In this document: in pieces, positions 51,422 to 63,455 of the stretch
How the letters are laid out: the number at the start of each line of letters is the position of its first letter
How positions within the stretch are numbered: the stretch's first letter is position 1
Assembly (NCBI RefSeq): GCF_009834535.1
Contig: NC_045696.1
Span: 82,462,001 to 82,526,000 of the forward strand
Direction of reading: 5' to 3'
Length of the DNA: 64,000 nucleotides
Source of the DNA: Camelus ferus
Taxonomy: Eukaryota
Notes under the pieces: generated by a model
What the model saw: only the letters and a program-made list of their open reading frames with translations
Told to the model about the DNA's origin: nothing
The model's database searches: none
Position numbers and translations under genes: made by a program

Positions 51422-52261
51422 TGTGTTGGTTAAGATAGGCTTCCTGCTATAATAAAGAAATCTCAGCTCATGTATATTTTTCTCTCATACAATAGTCCAA
51501 TGTTTACCTCTGTCAGTGGTCCAGGGTGGGAGTTCTGCTCCTCTATTTTCAGGTACCCAGGCTACTGGAGGCTTTGCATCTTCACCTTGTAGCTTCCAGT
51601 GTCATCTCTGGGGTCAGTATCCTGCCAACAGCTGGGGAAACAGCATGGAGGATTATGTGTGAAGGTTTTCACAGCTCAGGTCAGGAAATGGCACTCACTG
51701 CTTCTGCTCAGATCCCAGTGACTGGAGCCATGTGACTGGTTTCTACCTAACTGCAAGGGATGCTGGGAAATGTAGAGTTATGGATGGGATTGTGAGTCCC
51801 CAGATTCATATGCTGAAGTCCTAACCCTCAGTACCTCAGACAGGTTCTGACTTTATGTGATTATATTCGGAGAGAGGGCCTTTAAGGAGGTAATTAAGTT
51901 AAAACGAGTCTGTGAGAGTGGATCCTAATTCAGTCTGTGTCCTTATAAGAAGAGATTAGGACACACAGAGGGACACCAGGGATAGGCATGCACACAGAGG
52001 AAAGGCTGTGTAAGGACACGGCAAGAAGGTGGCCGTCTGCAAGCCACGAGGAGAGGCCTCGGGAGAAATTAAGCCTGCAGGCACCTCGATCTTGGACTTC
52101 CAGCCTCCAGAACTGTGAGAAAATAAATTTCTGTTGTTTAAGCCACCCAGTCTTAGTTATTTTGTTGTCATAGCCCTAGCAAACTAATGCATATAGTCGA
52201 GTCCAGGAGCACAGAAAAAAGTAGAAACTGCCTCAGCGATGAGCTAGCATTCTCTGCCGTA
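51422..52261 (-). mobile_element. older MaLR LTR (MLT1K/J-like), interrupted by a younger LTR
   Basis: cacagctcaggtcaggaaatggcactcactgcttctgctcagatccca...cctaactgcaagggatgctgggaaatgtag resumes after 52191 as ...gagctagcattctctgcc. Confidence 0.75.
51776..52191 (+). mobile_element. MaLR solo LTR, MLT1A0/MLT1B-like
   Basis: gttatggatgggattgtg...attcatatgctgaagtcctaaccc...gtccttataagaagag...cttggacttccagcctccagaactgtgagaaaataaatttctgttgtttaagccacccagtc...ctaatgca. 5-bp TSD tgtag/tatag. Confidence 0.92.
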
Positions 52262-52275
52262 ATGTGGAAAGCGCC

Positions 52276-52430
52276 ATTTACTCATTGTTTGTTCATTAGT
52301 TCATTCATTCATTAGTTCATTCATGGATTCATTTGTTCATTCAATATTTGTTGAGTACTCTTATAGGCACTTGAGTAGAGTGACCAAAATAGACCAGAAT
52401 CTCTTCTCTATAGTAGCTAAGTTTTTATTG
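52276..52430 (-). mobile_element. L2 3' end with (TTCA)n tail
   Basis: ttcattcattcatt...cattcaatatttgttgagtactcttataggcac. Confidence 0.7.
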
Positions 52431-52439
52431 TATATTAAA

Positions 52440-52662
52440 GCAACCAATTACCATCAAGTCACTCTGCTTTTATTTTCTTCTTAGAATGTATCACTATCTG
52501 AAATTATCTTGTTTATGGATTTGTTGGCTTATTCTCTCCTCCCTCCCCTTTAAAAATGAGCTGGAGCCCTTTTTGCCTTATTTCTTATTGAATCTTTAGT
52601 GCCTCAAAAATGCCTGGCACACAGGAGGCTTTCCGTATTTATTTGTTGAGGATTGAATAAGA
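52440..52662 (+). mobile_element. L2a-like 3' end
   Basis: gtcactctgcttttattttcttcttagaatgtatcactatctgaaattatcttgttta...tgcctggcacacaggaggc...atttgttgaggattgaat. Confidence 0.75.
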
Positions 52663-52939
52663 TAACATGGAATTAAACTTCAGGAAGAAAAAAAATAGTA
52701 TAAGTGATTTCTTGATTATAAGGGAGAGTGAATAGAATTTCCATTTTTTACATTAAAAAAAAGTACCTGGTAGTCAACCTTGTCTCTTAGCCCCTGAGGT
52801 CTTTTCAGCCATTTAATTCTAAAATTCCTAGGTGTTTTCCATAGAATATTCTGAGTTCAAAGTTCTTGACATGCACAATGTACTAAATGATTGAATATCT
52901 GCACCTGAATATGTCTTGGTTTGCCATTGATGTAGTTGC

Positions 52940-53110
52940 AGACTCAGACTGGTTGGGGACTTGAGATGGTGATGTCCCAGATCCTCACTTTAGAGATCAG
53001 GAGAAGCAACCAAGAGACCCAGGTTTACAGAGCTTGCATGTGACACAGTTTAGACCATATCTCCAGATTAGGCCCTACAGTGACTCATTTAGTACTCTTT
53101 CTACAACACT
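52940..53110 (-). mobile_element. MIR3/MIR SINE (diverged)
   Basis: ggggacttgagatggtgatgtcccagatcctcactttagagatcaggagaa. Confidence 0.5.
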
Positions 53111-53144
53111 GATCCTTCTCCTTTTCATCAAAGGTGAAAGTGAA

Positions 53145-53400
53145 TGGTAGTTATGAGTGCCAGTTCTGGACCAGGCTGGCCGGGCTTGGATCCCAGCTCC
53201 ATCATCAGCTGGCTGTGTGACCTTGGATAATCTCTCTGTGCCTCATTTTCCTATATAAAATGGAGATAAGAATAGCACTCACCTTTTAAAGTTGTTCTTT
53301 TAACTCTTTTAAGGGTTAATATACATACAGTACTCAGACTAGTGATTAGTACATAATAAGCACTCCATAAATACTAGTCAGTATTAGTATGATTGCTATT
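53145..53400 (+). mobile_element. near full-length MIR SINE
   Basis: ggtagttatgagtgccagttctgga...ggatcccagctcc...gctgtgtgaccttggataatctctctgtgcctcattttcctatataaaatggagataagaatag. Confidence 0.88.
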
Positions 53401-53604
53401 TTAATGTGGTTGATTACATAATACAACAAATGTTAAAAGAACTTTCAGGTTTCTTTTGTAAGTATATGAAGAATTCCAATATGTTTTCTAATACTTATTG
53501 ACAAAGAAAAAATACATGGAATATTAAGTTTTGATCACACCTGAAGAACTGAACATAAATCCTAACTGTAGTTTCTTCACCAAGAGGTTTTTCAAATACA
53601 GATC

Positions 53605-53797
53605 TTTTTAAATTGAAGTATAGTTGATTTATAATGTGTTAATTTCTGATATACAGCAAAATGATTCATTTATATATATATTCCTGTTCATATTCTTTCC
53701 CGTTATAGGTCATTACAAAGTATTGAATATAGTTCCCTGTGCTATGCAGTAGGACCTTGTTGTTTATCTATTTTTATATAACGTAGTGTGTGTCTGC
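53605..53797 (-). mobile_element. cetartiodactyl-type L1 extreme 3' end
   Basis: tttttaaattgaagtatagttgatttataatgtg...attgaatatagttccctgtgctatgcagtaggaccttgttgtttatctattttatata. Confidence 0.85.
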
Positions 53798-53804
53798 AAA
53801 TATG

Positions 53805-54395
53805 TTTTTATTGAGATAGAATTGACATGTCATAAAAACTACACCTTTAAAGTGTACAATTCAGGGGTTTTTAGTATATTCACAAGGTTGTATAACCATC
53901 ACCGCTATCTACATTTCATCTCCTAAAAAGAAACCTCATACCTATTAGCAGTCACTTCCTATTCTCCCTCCTTCCAGTTCCTGGCAGCCATTAATTTATG
54001 GATTCTCCCTATTTTGGACATTTCAAATCAATGGAATCATACAGTATGTGGCCTTTTTGGTCTAGCTTCTTTTACTTAACGTAGTGCCTTCAAGGTTCAT
54101 TCATACTGTGGCATGTATCAGAACTTCATTCCATTTTATGGCTGAATAATTTTCCATTGCATGGGTACACCACATTTTGTTTATCCATTCATCAGTTGAT
54201 GGACATTTAGGTTGTTCCCATTTTTTGGCTATTATAAATAATGCCACTATGAGCATTTGTGAATGAGTTTTACATGGGCATCTGGTTTCAATTCTCTTGG
54301 CTATGTACCTAGGAGTGGAATTGTTGGGTCATAGTAACTCAAGGTTTAACTTTTTGAAACACTGCCAAACTCTTTTCAAAGTGGCTGAACCATTC
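53805..54395 (-). mobile_element. L1MB-like 3' region
   Basis: tttattgagatagaattgac...tttaaagtgtacaattcag...aatggaatcatacagtatgtggcc...ccattcatcagttgatggacatttaggttg...cctaggagtggaattgttgggtcatag. Confidence 0.88.
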
Positions 54396-55739
54396 GCAGA
54401 TATTTAAGATACAATACTTGATGATTAATTTGATCTTTTAAAATTGAAAGTGAAAGAGGAATCATTTGAACTCAATATTCATAGTAAAGACTTGCCATTG
54501 TTCACAACCTTTTGAGAGCCTGCGTCTCAGCTACTGTGTTGAAAACTGCATAAACTAAGATAGATGAGATGTAGTTTCTGACTTAAAGGCATTGATAGCA
54601 ATTTGTGGCATTTCACAGATGACCCTTACCCTTTTTAAAAAAAAAGTATAAGTGGTTATTTTTCTTTTCTATTTTTTAATTTTCTTCTTCTTCTCTTTTA
54701 TATTTTTTTCTCATTTGGCCACCACTATTGAGCTTTTAGGGAAGACTCTTGCTGGAGTATTAGATGTGTCAAGACTAGAGGGCAGAAGGGAGCATGATGA
54801 GGTAGATATTGGGTAGGAAGCCAAGATGTACAAGACCAAGAAAATCCTGTCAGGGGATGATTTGAGTGTAACCAATTGTCAACTGTTTCCATGATGGACA
54901 GTGGCCTTCTACCCCATCATGGACATAATTTAAAAAGAAAAAAAAGCTATTTCTCATAGAGACTACATTTGTTTTTCATGTCAAGACTCTGGTGGAAACT
55001 TTCTTTTTCACAGAATTACCCCCTTGTTTTGGTTTGGGGTCTATATAGTCATAAAATTTTGTGAGCTGTGGTGAATTGTATGTATGATTGTATCCACAGA
55101 TCTCTGGCTTAAGAAGCAAGCTTCCAAGGATTTTGTTTGGTTATTGCCTACTGAAATGTATATTTCTTAAGGACAAGCAGATGGTACTTTCCTGGATAGA
55201 ATGCAGAAATTTACCAGGACCTCCTCGAGCTTCTTGTTTTGGGACAGCTTGGTTCTGTTCCTTCCCTAGGAGTTCTAATATTCATACCTTGCCAAGCAAC
55301 TTTCAACCACTGTTTCACTTCACTGAAATGGGTGACAACTACATATTATCTTGAAGCAAAAGTTTATTTACTCTCTATGTAAACAGCTAGGAAAAGTAGG
55401 CAGATGTATTTGTGGAAAGTACAGTGAGCCTTTAATGGTCCTATGTCAGAGATTTTCTTTTCAGGAGCCTCCACCTCAAGGTGGAGGTGAGTTAAGTATG
55501 GGAGATAAACAGGGCATCCTGGCCTGGGAAAGAACCAGGAGCAACAACTCTATGAATTTACTGGTTTTATTTGATATTTCCTTCTTTGCCCAGCACATCA
55601 GCTATACTAATTTTATGCTCTGTCTTCAATAGCAGTTGTCCTCCCTACCCTCCTTCTCTCCCTCCCAAATCACCTTCCTCAGCCTTCAAGGTCCCTCTCA
55701 AGCCAGCCCCTCCTTCCTATTTTCCCCTAGTCTCCTCAG

Positions 55740-55950
55740 CCTACACAGATTTCTCTTCTCTTCAGACAGACTTCAGAATGGTGAGAGTTCAGCTATAATA
55801 GCTTTCTAATGGATTGATGCATCTGCCCCATAGATTGCAAGCTCTCTAAAGGCAAAAGTTCTTTCTTACACTAGTTTGGAATCTGCTTCAGAACTGTGCC
55901 TCACCCAGAGAGCTTCATCAGTAAATAACCACTGGTTGGATGGATAAACC
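55740..55950 (+). mobile_element. L2 fragment
   Basis: tctgccccatagattgcaagctctctaaaggcaaaag...agaactgtgcctcac. Confidence 0.55.
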
Positions 55951-56489
55951 TACAAGGGCCAGCATAGAAGCTCTTGATTCTCATGAGAACACTTAGTTTC
56001 AGAAAACCATGCTGGATAATTTCTAGGCTCTACTGATCTGACAAATGACATGTGATCTTTTCTGGCTTTTCCTTCCCCCACCTCGGTGGGCCCCTAGCAG
56101 ATGAAGAAAGGAGGGCACATGGAAGATCTTGGGCAAGCTGTAGCACTGGGGGAGTATGGTTATCCTCCAGAACAATTTCATGGAGCTCACACCTGCTGCT
56201 TCACGACTAGGGTTTCAAAGCGTTCAGGACTGCTGTATGTAAAGCTTGCCTTTTGAGATCAGGATAAGTTTCAGTGGATTTAAATGGTGTTGTAATCAGA
56301 TTTAAGCACAGGAAGGTTTTTTTTTTCCTGTACTTACAATGAAGCTCTCTCTCTTTAAGACTCTTTGGTCACCTAAACGTAAACAACCTTGTCCAGTTTT
56401 CTTGGTGGCTCCTAAATCCTTTCTTCTAGAGTCCTTCTCCAAGTGGGTGGGGGAAGTTATAAGGAGGCAGGTGTCAGTTTTATTTATTT

Positions 56490-56665
56490 ATCACCCAGTT
56501 ATGGATGATCTACATTATTTAAGCTTTCTAAGCCTCAGTTATTGCATTTGTAAAATGGAGACGATAACATCCACCTCTTACAGTTATTGTGAGTATCAAA
56601 TGCTGGAATGCACGTAAAGCACCTGTAATAGAGCCTGGACTAAAACAGTGTCTAATTAATAACAC
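56490..56665 (+). mobile_element. MIR SINE
   Basis: ttctaagcctcagttattgcatttgtaaaatggagacgataacatccacctcttacagttattgtgagtatcaaatg...gtaaagcacc. Confidence 0.82.
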
Positions 56666-58106
56666 TTCGTCTCTCTTATCCTTTCCTTTGGTCTGAATGC
56701 TGAAGATTGACTACATTCATGCTAGAGAGAGCCCTGCAGCCAGCAGGGACATAAAGTGGTCTCCTCTCGCATCTGCACATCTGCATACAAAGGGGATACT
56801 TCTCTATTGTCCTATTCTTAGAACTGCAGTGTGACTTTCAAGTTATCGAACTATCTACCTGAATCAAGGAAAAAAACAAGGAAGAAAGTGTGGGGGGGTT
56901 TCATTCTTTTCTGCAAAGGGGAGAATTAAACATTTAATACCATCTTAATTTTTAAAGTTTGTATTCCAAGGAACTAAAAATTCTTTGCTTTTTCTGTATC
57001 CATTAATTGTATCCCAACAAATTAAATTAGGAGTGTTTATATACGAAGTATATGAAACATAGCTATTAAGTATATATGAAACATGTATATGACATATATG
57101 AGCTAGAATTTATTTATTTATATATCTACTGCTTTCCTTTACTTTGCAGATGGATTAGGGGATTGGGAGGAAATAGACCACTGTCAAGCAACCTGTCTGT
57201 GTCTACTTGCACACAAGTTCCTACCTGATTAATTAAATAGAGGAAAAAGATGGAATTCTAAAAATAAATGACTTCAAGTTAGGGTTTCAAGCCACAAAAT
57301 CAATTCCACAGTTTATTTAAAAGTTTTTTTTTTTGGTTCGTTTTTGTGTCTTGCTGTGGTCTGTAGTCACATTATTAGTTGATCTAGGGTTTGAATAAGG
57401 TCTCGTTTTTTACTTTTCTTTGTATTCAATTATGCATCTTCCAGAGGAAAGAAAAATGAAAAAAAAAAAAAGGAATTAACAATAAGTGAAATGTCTTCTC
57501 TTCTCTAAAAGGAGAAATAAGGTAATGAAATTGGTTTGGAAAGGTTCTAATACCTTTCCTCTCAGTCAAAGAGAGTCGTCAGTGAAGACTAAATAAGCCC
57601 AAAGGGAAAAGGCCACTGCAGCTGTGGGATCATTGGTGTTCTGTGTCAGGCCACGGAGGGGACTGTAGCGGTCATCCAGAGAGACAGTGATGAGCTGGGG
57701 CTGTAAGAACAACTGTCCTGCCGCCCAGTCCGGCCCTCCCTGTGGAGCTGGATTTCTCCATCAGCAGCTTAGTAAGCAAGGGCAGAGCTCTCTGCCAGGA
57801 GGCAGAGGTAGGCAGTGAGGCAGACAGGAAGAAAAGCTCGCACCAAACAGGCTAGCACTGACATTGTCATCAGAAAGAGGCCCTGGCACTTCTCAGCGAG
57901 AGGAACTAGGTGGCCTCGTGGAGCCCCCGACCCATCAGGCTGATCAGTAGTCAGCCTGAGTCCTCAGCAGCAGAAAACCCGCCTGTACCCATCCTCACTG
58001 CCCAGGAGAAGGGGGACTATTGGAGTGAGCTTTTATTGAGCTCGTTTTATTATCATTCATCCCGTTTGATCTTCATGGCAACCCTCAGGTAAATCCTGAA
58101 TGTCAG

Positions 58107-58390
58107 TGTGTTAGTTTTCTGACTGCCATACAAATCCCACAGACTTGATGACTTAAAACAACTTTCTCTCCTAGTTCTAGAGGCCAAAATCCAGGAGTTT
58201 GCAAAGTTGGTTTCCTCTGCAGCTCTGAGGGAGAGTCTGTTCCATGCCTTTCTCTCACTTTTGTCGGCTGCAGGCGAGCCTCCGCGTTCCTTGGCCTGGA
58301 CTCCAGTCTTTGCCTGTATCATCCCCTCTGGGGCCTCTCCTCTGGGTCTCAGATCTTTCTTTCCTTTCTCTTAGAAGGACACCAGTCTTT
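58107..58390 (-). mobile_element. MaLR LTR fragment, MLT1C/D-like (adjacent to a MIR 3' fragment at ~58010-58095)
   Basis: tgtgttagttttctgactgccatacaaatcccacagacttgatgacttaaaacaac...gttctagaggccaaaatcc...ctctgagggagagtctgttccatgcc...aaggacaccagtc. Confidence 0.85.
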
Positions 58391-59574
58391 ATATGGGATT
58401 GCCAAAAATACAGAAGACTATATAGTGAGATAAGGTTCTTGTGTATAAAATTTTAAGAGAATTAGAAATAAAAGCATTATAGCAACAACACATGTAGAAG
58501 TTAGTGTGGATCTATATTTTGGTAGGAAAAGAAGTTTAATTCAACTAGAAAATAAATTATTGGCTCAATTCAAGAATGCATTTTCTCTTTAAAATAATAG
58601 CTTTACTATTACCACAGTAATACCTCCTCCACGCAGAGCTTCCTTGACATGACTGATACTTTTCTTAAAACACATTTTCACTATGGTGAGAATTTTGATC
58701 TCCATATATAGAAATTTCAAAGAATTCCTTGGATAACTTAAAAAAGAAAAATAGAGGATTGGGAAAAGAAACCAAAAGTCAAGTGGTTTATAGAGCTGGA
58801 GGCGGGGTTTGTGATAAATGAAGCTGAGGGGATGGGCAGTAGGAGATATGTATGGGGGAAGGGGAAGGGGGCATTTTCAGGCTGCGTCTCGAGCACAGGC
58901 TTGGGAGTTGGCACTGAATCTCAACCGGATGGCACTCCTGTTAGATGGAGGAATGGAACAAGAAAAAAATGTCTTCTTCTTGAGAGCTTTGCAACAATGC
59001 AAAGTGAATTTTTAAAGGGTTGAAATTGTGGAGAAGAAAGAGCCCAAAAAGCCTCGAACAAAGGAAAGAGAAATTACTCACTTAATTTTTACGAATTTAA
59101 GCTGGAAAGATTTTGTTGATTGTCTCGATTTTGTGTACTGACTTATTTTCCTTTGTTTAGCAAAGGTAAAACTTTCTAAGACTTGCATATACGTCTTTTC
59201 CAAGATTTTCTTCTTACCTTTGGTTTTTCTCACCTCTTTAGAACATAAAGACTCTACATAAAGATTCTACCCCTGGGGCATTTACATTGAGGAGAGACTA
59301 CTCAAGTTTTTTCTTTGTTTGGCTTGTGAACTCCAGCTCGTGTTGCGTATATAAAGTCCTACTGTTAGCCACAGAGCAGTGTCTACCACGGAATAGGAGT
59401 TTAGTAAAGTGCTGACTTGTCATGTGTAACCAAAAGCAGTTTTGTAGCTACTACTCATACTACTGTCTTTCCTGTGTGATACTGTGTTACATCGTACTTA
59501 AACTGGGGACATCTACACCATTTTTTATAAATGAAAGTCTGACTGTTTGGCTAGGTACTTGTCACTTTAAGGAT

Positions 59575-59670
59575 GATGATGGCCACTAATATTTATTAGG
59601 TGCTTACTATGTGCCAAGCACTGCTTTAGCGACACTAAGTCATTATCACATTTAATCTTATAAACAACTC
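59575..59670 (-). mobile_element. MIR SINE 3' part
   Basis: ctaatatttattaggtgcttactatgtgccaagcactgctttagc...catttaatcttataaacaac. Confidence 0.8.
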
Positions 59671-59999
59671 TAACTGGGTTAACTAGTTAGTAACCAGTTA
59701 AATCAGTCAAAATAGTCAAACTACGTACAAACAAAATAAAATGTGATTTGTTTAAAACTGGTATATATATATTTTTTCTAAAGAATGCAGACAAGTTTAA
59801 AGTGAGTATCACCGTACGAAGAAAATGTAAAGATTTTGACTAATGGATGGATTGTAAAATTGGATTATCTTATTTAGGGAAGATTATAAGCAAGAATAAT
59901 TTAAGGAAATTGTATTTTCTCCATTTGTTGACAGTATAAAATGATTTTTTTGGTGTTTTAAAAATTGTATTCAATTTATTTAAACTAAAAATGCACAAC

Positions 60000-60700
60000 A
60001 GTTACCCCCACCCCTCCCACTGCCCTGCTGTTTTTGCAACCACCAATCTGTTCTCTGAATCTATGAGCTTGGTTTTTGTTTTGTTTTTGGTTCAGATTCC
60101 ATACACAAGAGAGATTGTACAGTCAGTACTTGTCTTTGAGTTATTTCACTTAGTATAATCCCCTCAGGGTCCATTCATGTTGTTGTAAATGGCAAGATTT
60201 CATTCCCTTTTTATGGCTGAATAATCTTCTATTCTCTATCTGTTTATCTATTTCACACCTTCTTTATCCATTCATCCATTGTTGGACATGTAAGTTGTTT
60301 CCATATCTTGGTTATTGTAAACAATGCTGCAGTGAACATTGAGGTGCATATATCTTTTTGAATTAGTGTTTTCATTTTCTTCTGATAAATACTCAGAAGT
60401 AGAATTGCTGGATCATATGGTATTTCTATTTTTGATTTTTAAAGGAACCGCCATGCTGTTTTCCTTAGTGGCTGAACAAATTTACATTTCCACCAATAGT
60501 ACATGAGAGTTCTTTTTTCTCCATGTCTTTGCCAACACTTGCTATCTTGTCTTTTTGATGATAGCCATTCTAACAGGTGTGAGGTGATATCTCATTGTGG
60601 TTTTGTTTTGCATTTCTCTGATGATTAGTGATATTAAGCTTCTTTTCATGTGCCTATTGGCCATCTGTATGGCTTCTTTGGAAAAATGTCTGTTCAGATT
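60000..60700 (-). mobile_element. L1MA-like fragment (ORF2 C-terminal region plus 3' UTR)
   Basis: caaccaccaatctgttctctg...ttatttcacttagtataatcccctc...gaattgctggatcatatgg...atagccattctaacaggtgtgaggtgatatctcattgtggttttg...ggaaaaatgtctgttcag. Confidence 0.9.
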
Positions 60701-62850
60701 TTTTTTTTTTACATTTTATCATGCTATAATCATGCATTGATTTTAAGATGTGTCTGAGTTTTTTAAAATTGCAATTCAGTCAAAATTTAGTATTTTTATA
60801 TGAAGCCAGGTTATTCCTATAGCAAATAGTAAATATTTACTTGCATTCACAAGTCAGCTGGATGAGGCACAGAATAATGACTCATTCAATGGCCACAGCC
60901 AAGGATTGAACCCTGCAATTTGGTTTCTTGCTACTTTCTCTCTCTACTTGATTTCCTCGCCCTCCTTTTCTCGAAATGTGAGAGCACGTATGTATTTTAG
61001 TACTGGTGCCTAGTTGTTTTCCCAAGTTGAACTATAGCTGAGAATGACCCCAATTTCAAACATCCCATGTTGATTTTTAGAAAAGGCAGAGATGAGAAAC
61101 ATGTAAGTCTGGTACCTTACAGGTTCACATTATCATGGATTCCAAGCTGCTTCAATTGTCAGTAGACCATTACAGCCTGCACGTGGTTTATTTGGTTTGG
61201 AGTTACTTCAACTTTCCAAAGACATAGTGAATTTGTAAAAACAGATCATTACTGATAACCCAGAACACTTATGTCTGAAATATGGGGTGGATGCAGCAGT
61301 TAGGATATTTTTGTTTCCTGATGGTTGTCTATTCTTTAAAGGCAGGGCTGTCTAGAGGCCACCGGATTGACTGCTTCTGAAGATTAGCCACTCATTGTTT
61401 GAATGTTTTCATAGCATTGTCGTAATAAAGCATCTTCATACTTCACAATTGAGATCTTGACTTTGAGAATAAAAAAAAAAAAAGTCAGAGGCTAATCATA
61501 ACAATTAGCTAATGTGTCAACAATTAGCACTTTCCATCAACCTGCTCTAAAAGGAGACTCTTCTTATCCACTTGCAGACAAAAATGCAATGATGTAGTTA
61601 AGAAAAGCACTGAAATTGGCTCTTAGAGTCCCATGCTGTAGCCAACTGAATCCCCAGGGCATTGTTTACAGCGATTATTCTGCCATTATGATGTTATTGC
61701 ACAGGCGGAGGGGGGAGTAGTATGCTCAGAATAAGTTGGTTCTTTTTTTCTAAAAGACAAAACAAAGCATTAAAAAAAAAAAAATCCCTTTTTGGCTGCT
61801 TTTGGAAAAGTAGAACAAAAACTGCTGTGAAAGGTCAGCCAGTTACAGTACTTTAGTGTTTAACTGGTAAATACTAAGAAAAAAAGAGTATATTTTATAT
61901 TTTACCATTTGGAAAATTTTCAATGTGTTTCAAGTCCAGCACGACTCAATCAATGTAAGATTTCAGAGGTCTCTGGTGGGGATTTCTTGACAATGGATAC
62001 ATTATACTCTGCGGCCATCTATACCACTGCTTGGTCAAAACATGTTTTCACATCTTTCATATAATCCTTCTAGTAATACAAGAACATTTATGCTGCACCT
62101 TTTATAAAGAACCACAGTGCTTACACAGGCCCATATATCTATGTAAATACCATAAGTTTGTCTTTAAAACAGCCTTGAAACAACTTGTAAATCCCCAGTA
62201 GCATCTCAGAATTCTGAGGGTAGGAACTTTTTTTTCCCCACTAAAACCGGGATCACCTTTCAGGCAGCCCCTGTGAGTTGGGGCAGGCTACTGTTAGAGT
62301 GCGGAGGATGCGAGGCAGAGGAGAGGTATGCTGGCCAGGCAGAACAACTAGCCAGTGCCAAGCCTTCTCTTAATGAGGCAGGACGGCTTGAAAAGTGACG
62401 CCCTGAATGGCAGTCAGTGCTGTTGTCTTAGAACAAGGAGAGCGCAGGAGGAAGTGTGCCATCCTGTGCCACCGACTCTTGGCAGGAGAAGTTTGGGAGC
62501 CCGTGTCCATGACAAGGGAACACATTGGAACCATCTGCAGAGTTGCAGACAAAGACAGGCATTGGGCTTTTGCAACAAGCAGAAGCTGGTGAACCAGCTC
62601 AGTAGGGGCTTCCCGGAGGATGTAGAGAGCACAGAGAGGCATGTCCAGCTAGGGCAGGGTTACAGCAATATGGCAACGGCAATGGTGTTTCCCTCCAGAA
62701 TTTCAGGAAACTGGTTGCTACCAAGATGTCAGGCAGATTTGATGGACATGATGTGAAGCAGAGCTATCATTTGTTTGTTGGTTTAATTTCCACAAGAATA
62801 GGTCTCAATCAACCTCACTTTCTGGGGTTCATGGTCACTAAGTTCTAAAG

Positions 62851-63016
62851 CCTTGTTCCTCAAAGTGTGGTCCTTAGTCTGACTGCATCAGCATCCCCTG
62901 GGAGTGTGTTAGAAATGCAGATTCTTAGGCCTCACCCCAGGCCTACTGAATCTGAATCGGCATTTAAACAAGATCCCCAATGAATTCTAATGCACCATAG
63001 AGTTTGTGGACTACTC
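62851..63016 (+). mobile_element. MER5A1-like (hAT-Charlie)
   Basis: ctcaaagtgtggtcc...gcatcagcatcccctgggagtgtgttagaaatgcagattcttaggcctcaccccaggcctactgaatc...aacaagatcccc. Confidence 0.88.
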
Positions 63017-63039
63017 CTCTGAAAGATGTAAGGGAGCAT

Positions 63040-63411
63040 ATTTGTTCACTTATTTTTCAATTCATATGATTAGTAAAAAATTTGTTGAGGATGTGTACTG
63101 GAAGGAGATGGTACCCTACATTCAAAAGACTCAACGGTTAATGATGGAGACAGACGTGTAAAAAAGAGGTCTGTGTGAAAGACATTGTGTTCAAAGCAGT
63201 GCGACTTGGAGAGAGGGGAGTGTGTCTAACTCTGCCCGAGGAATTCCTGTAGGCTTCATGGAGGTTAAATTTGAGTGTTGAGTCTATAGGGAGTGCAAAT
63301 ATGTCTGAGAGGAAGGAAAAGAGTCTTTCAGCCAGTAGAGGTATTATGTGAAAGCCTGAAAGAACATGGGTCATGGAGAAAATGATGAGAGATTTCAAGT
63401 TGCTGGAAACC

Positions 63412-63455
<44 letters not shown>

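Noticed and set aside
52276..52662. Oppositely oriented L2 ends, the arrangement that produced miR-28/miR-151-type hairpins
   Set aside because: The arms are highly diverged and separated by >100 nt; I see no pre-miRNA-like stem or known mature sequence.
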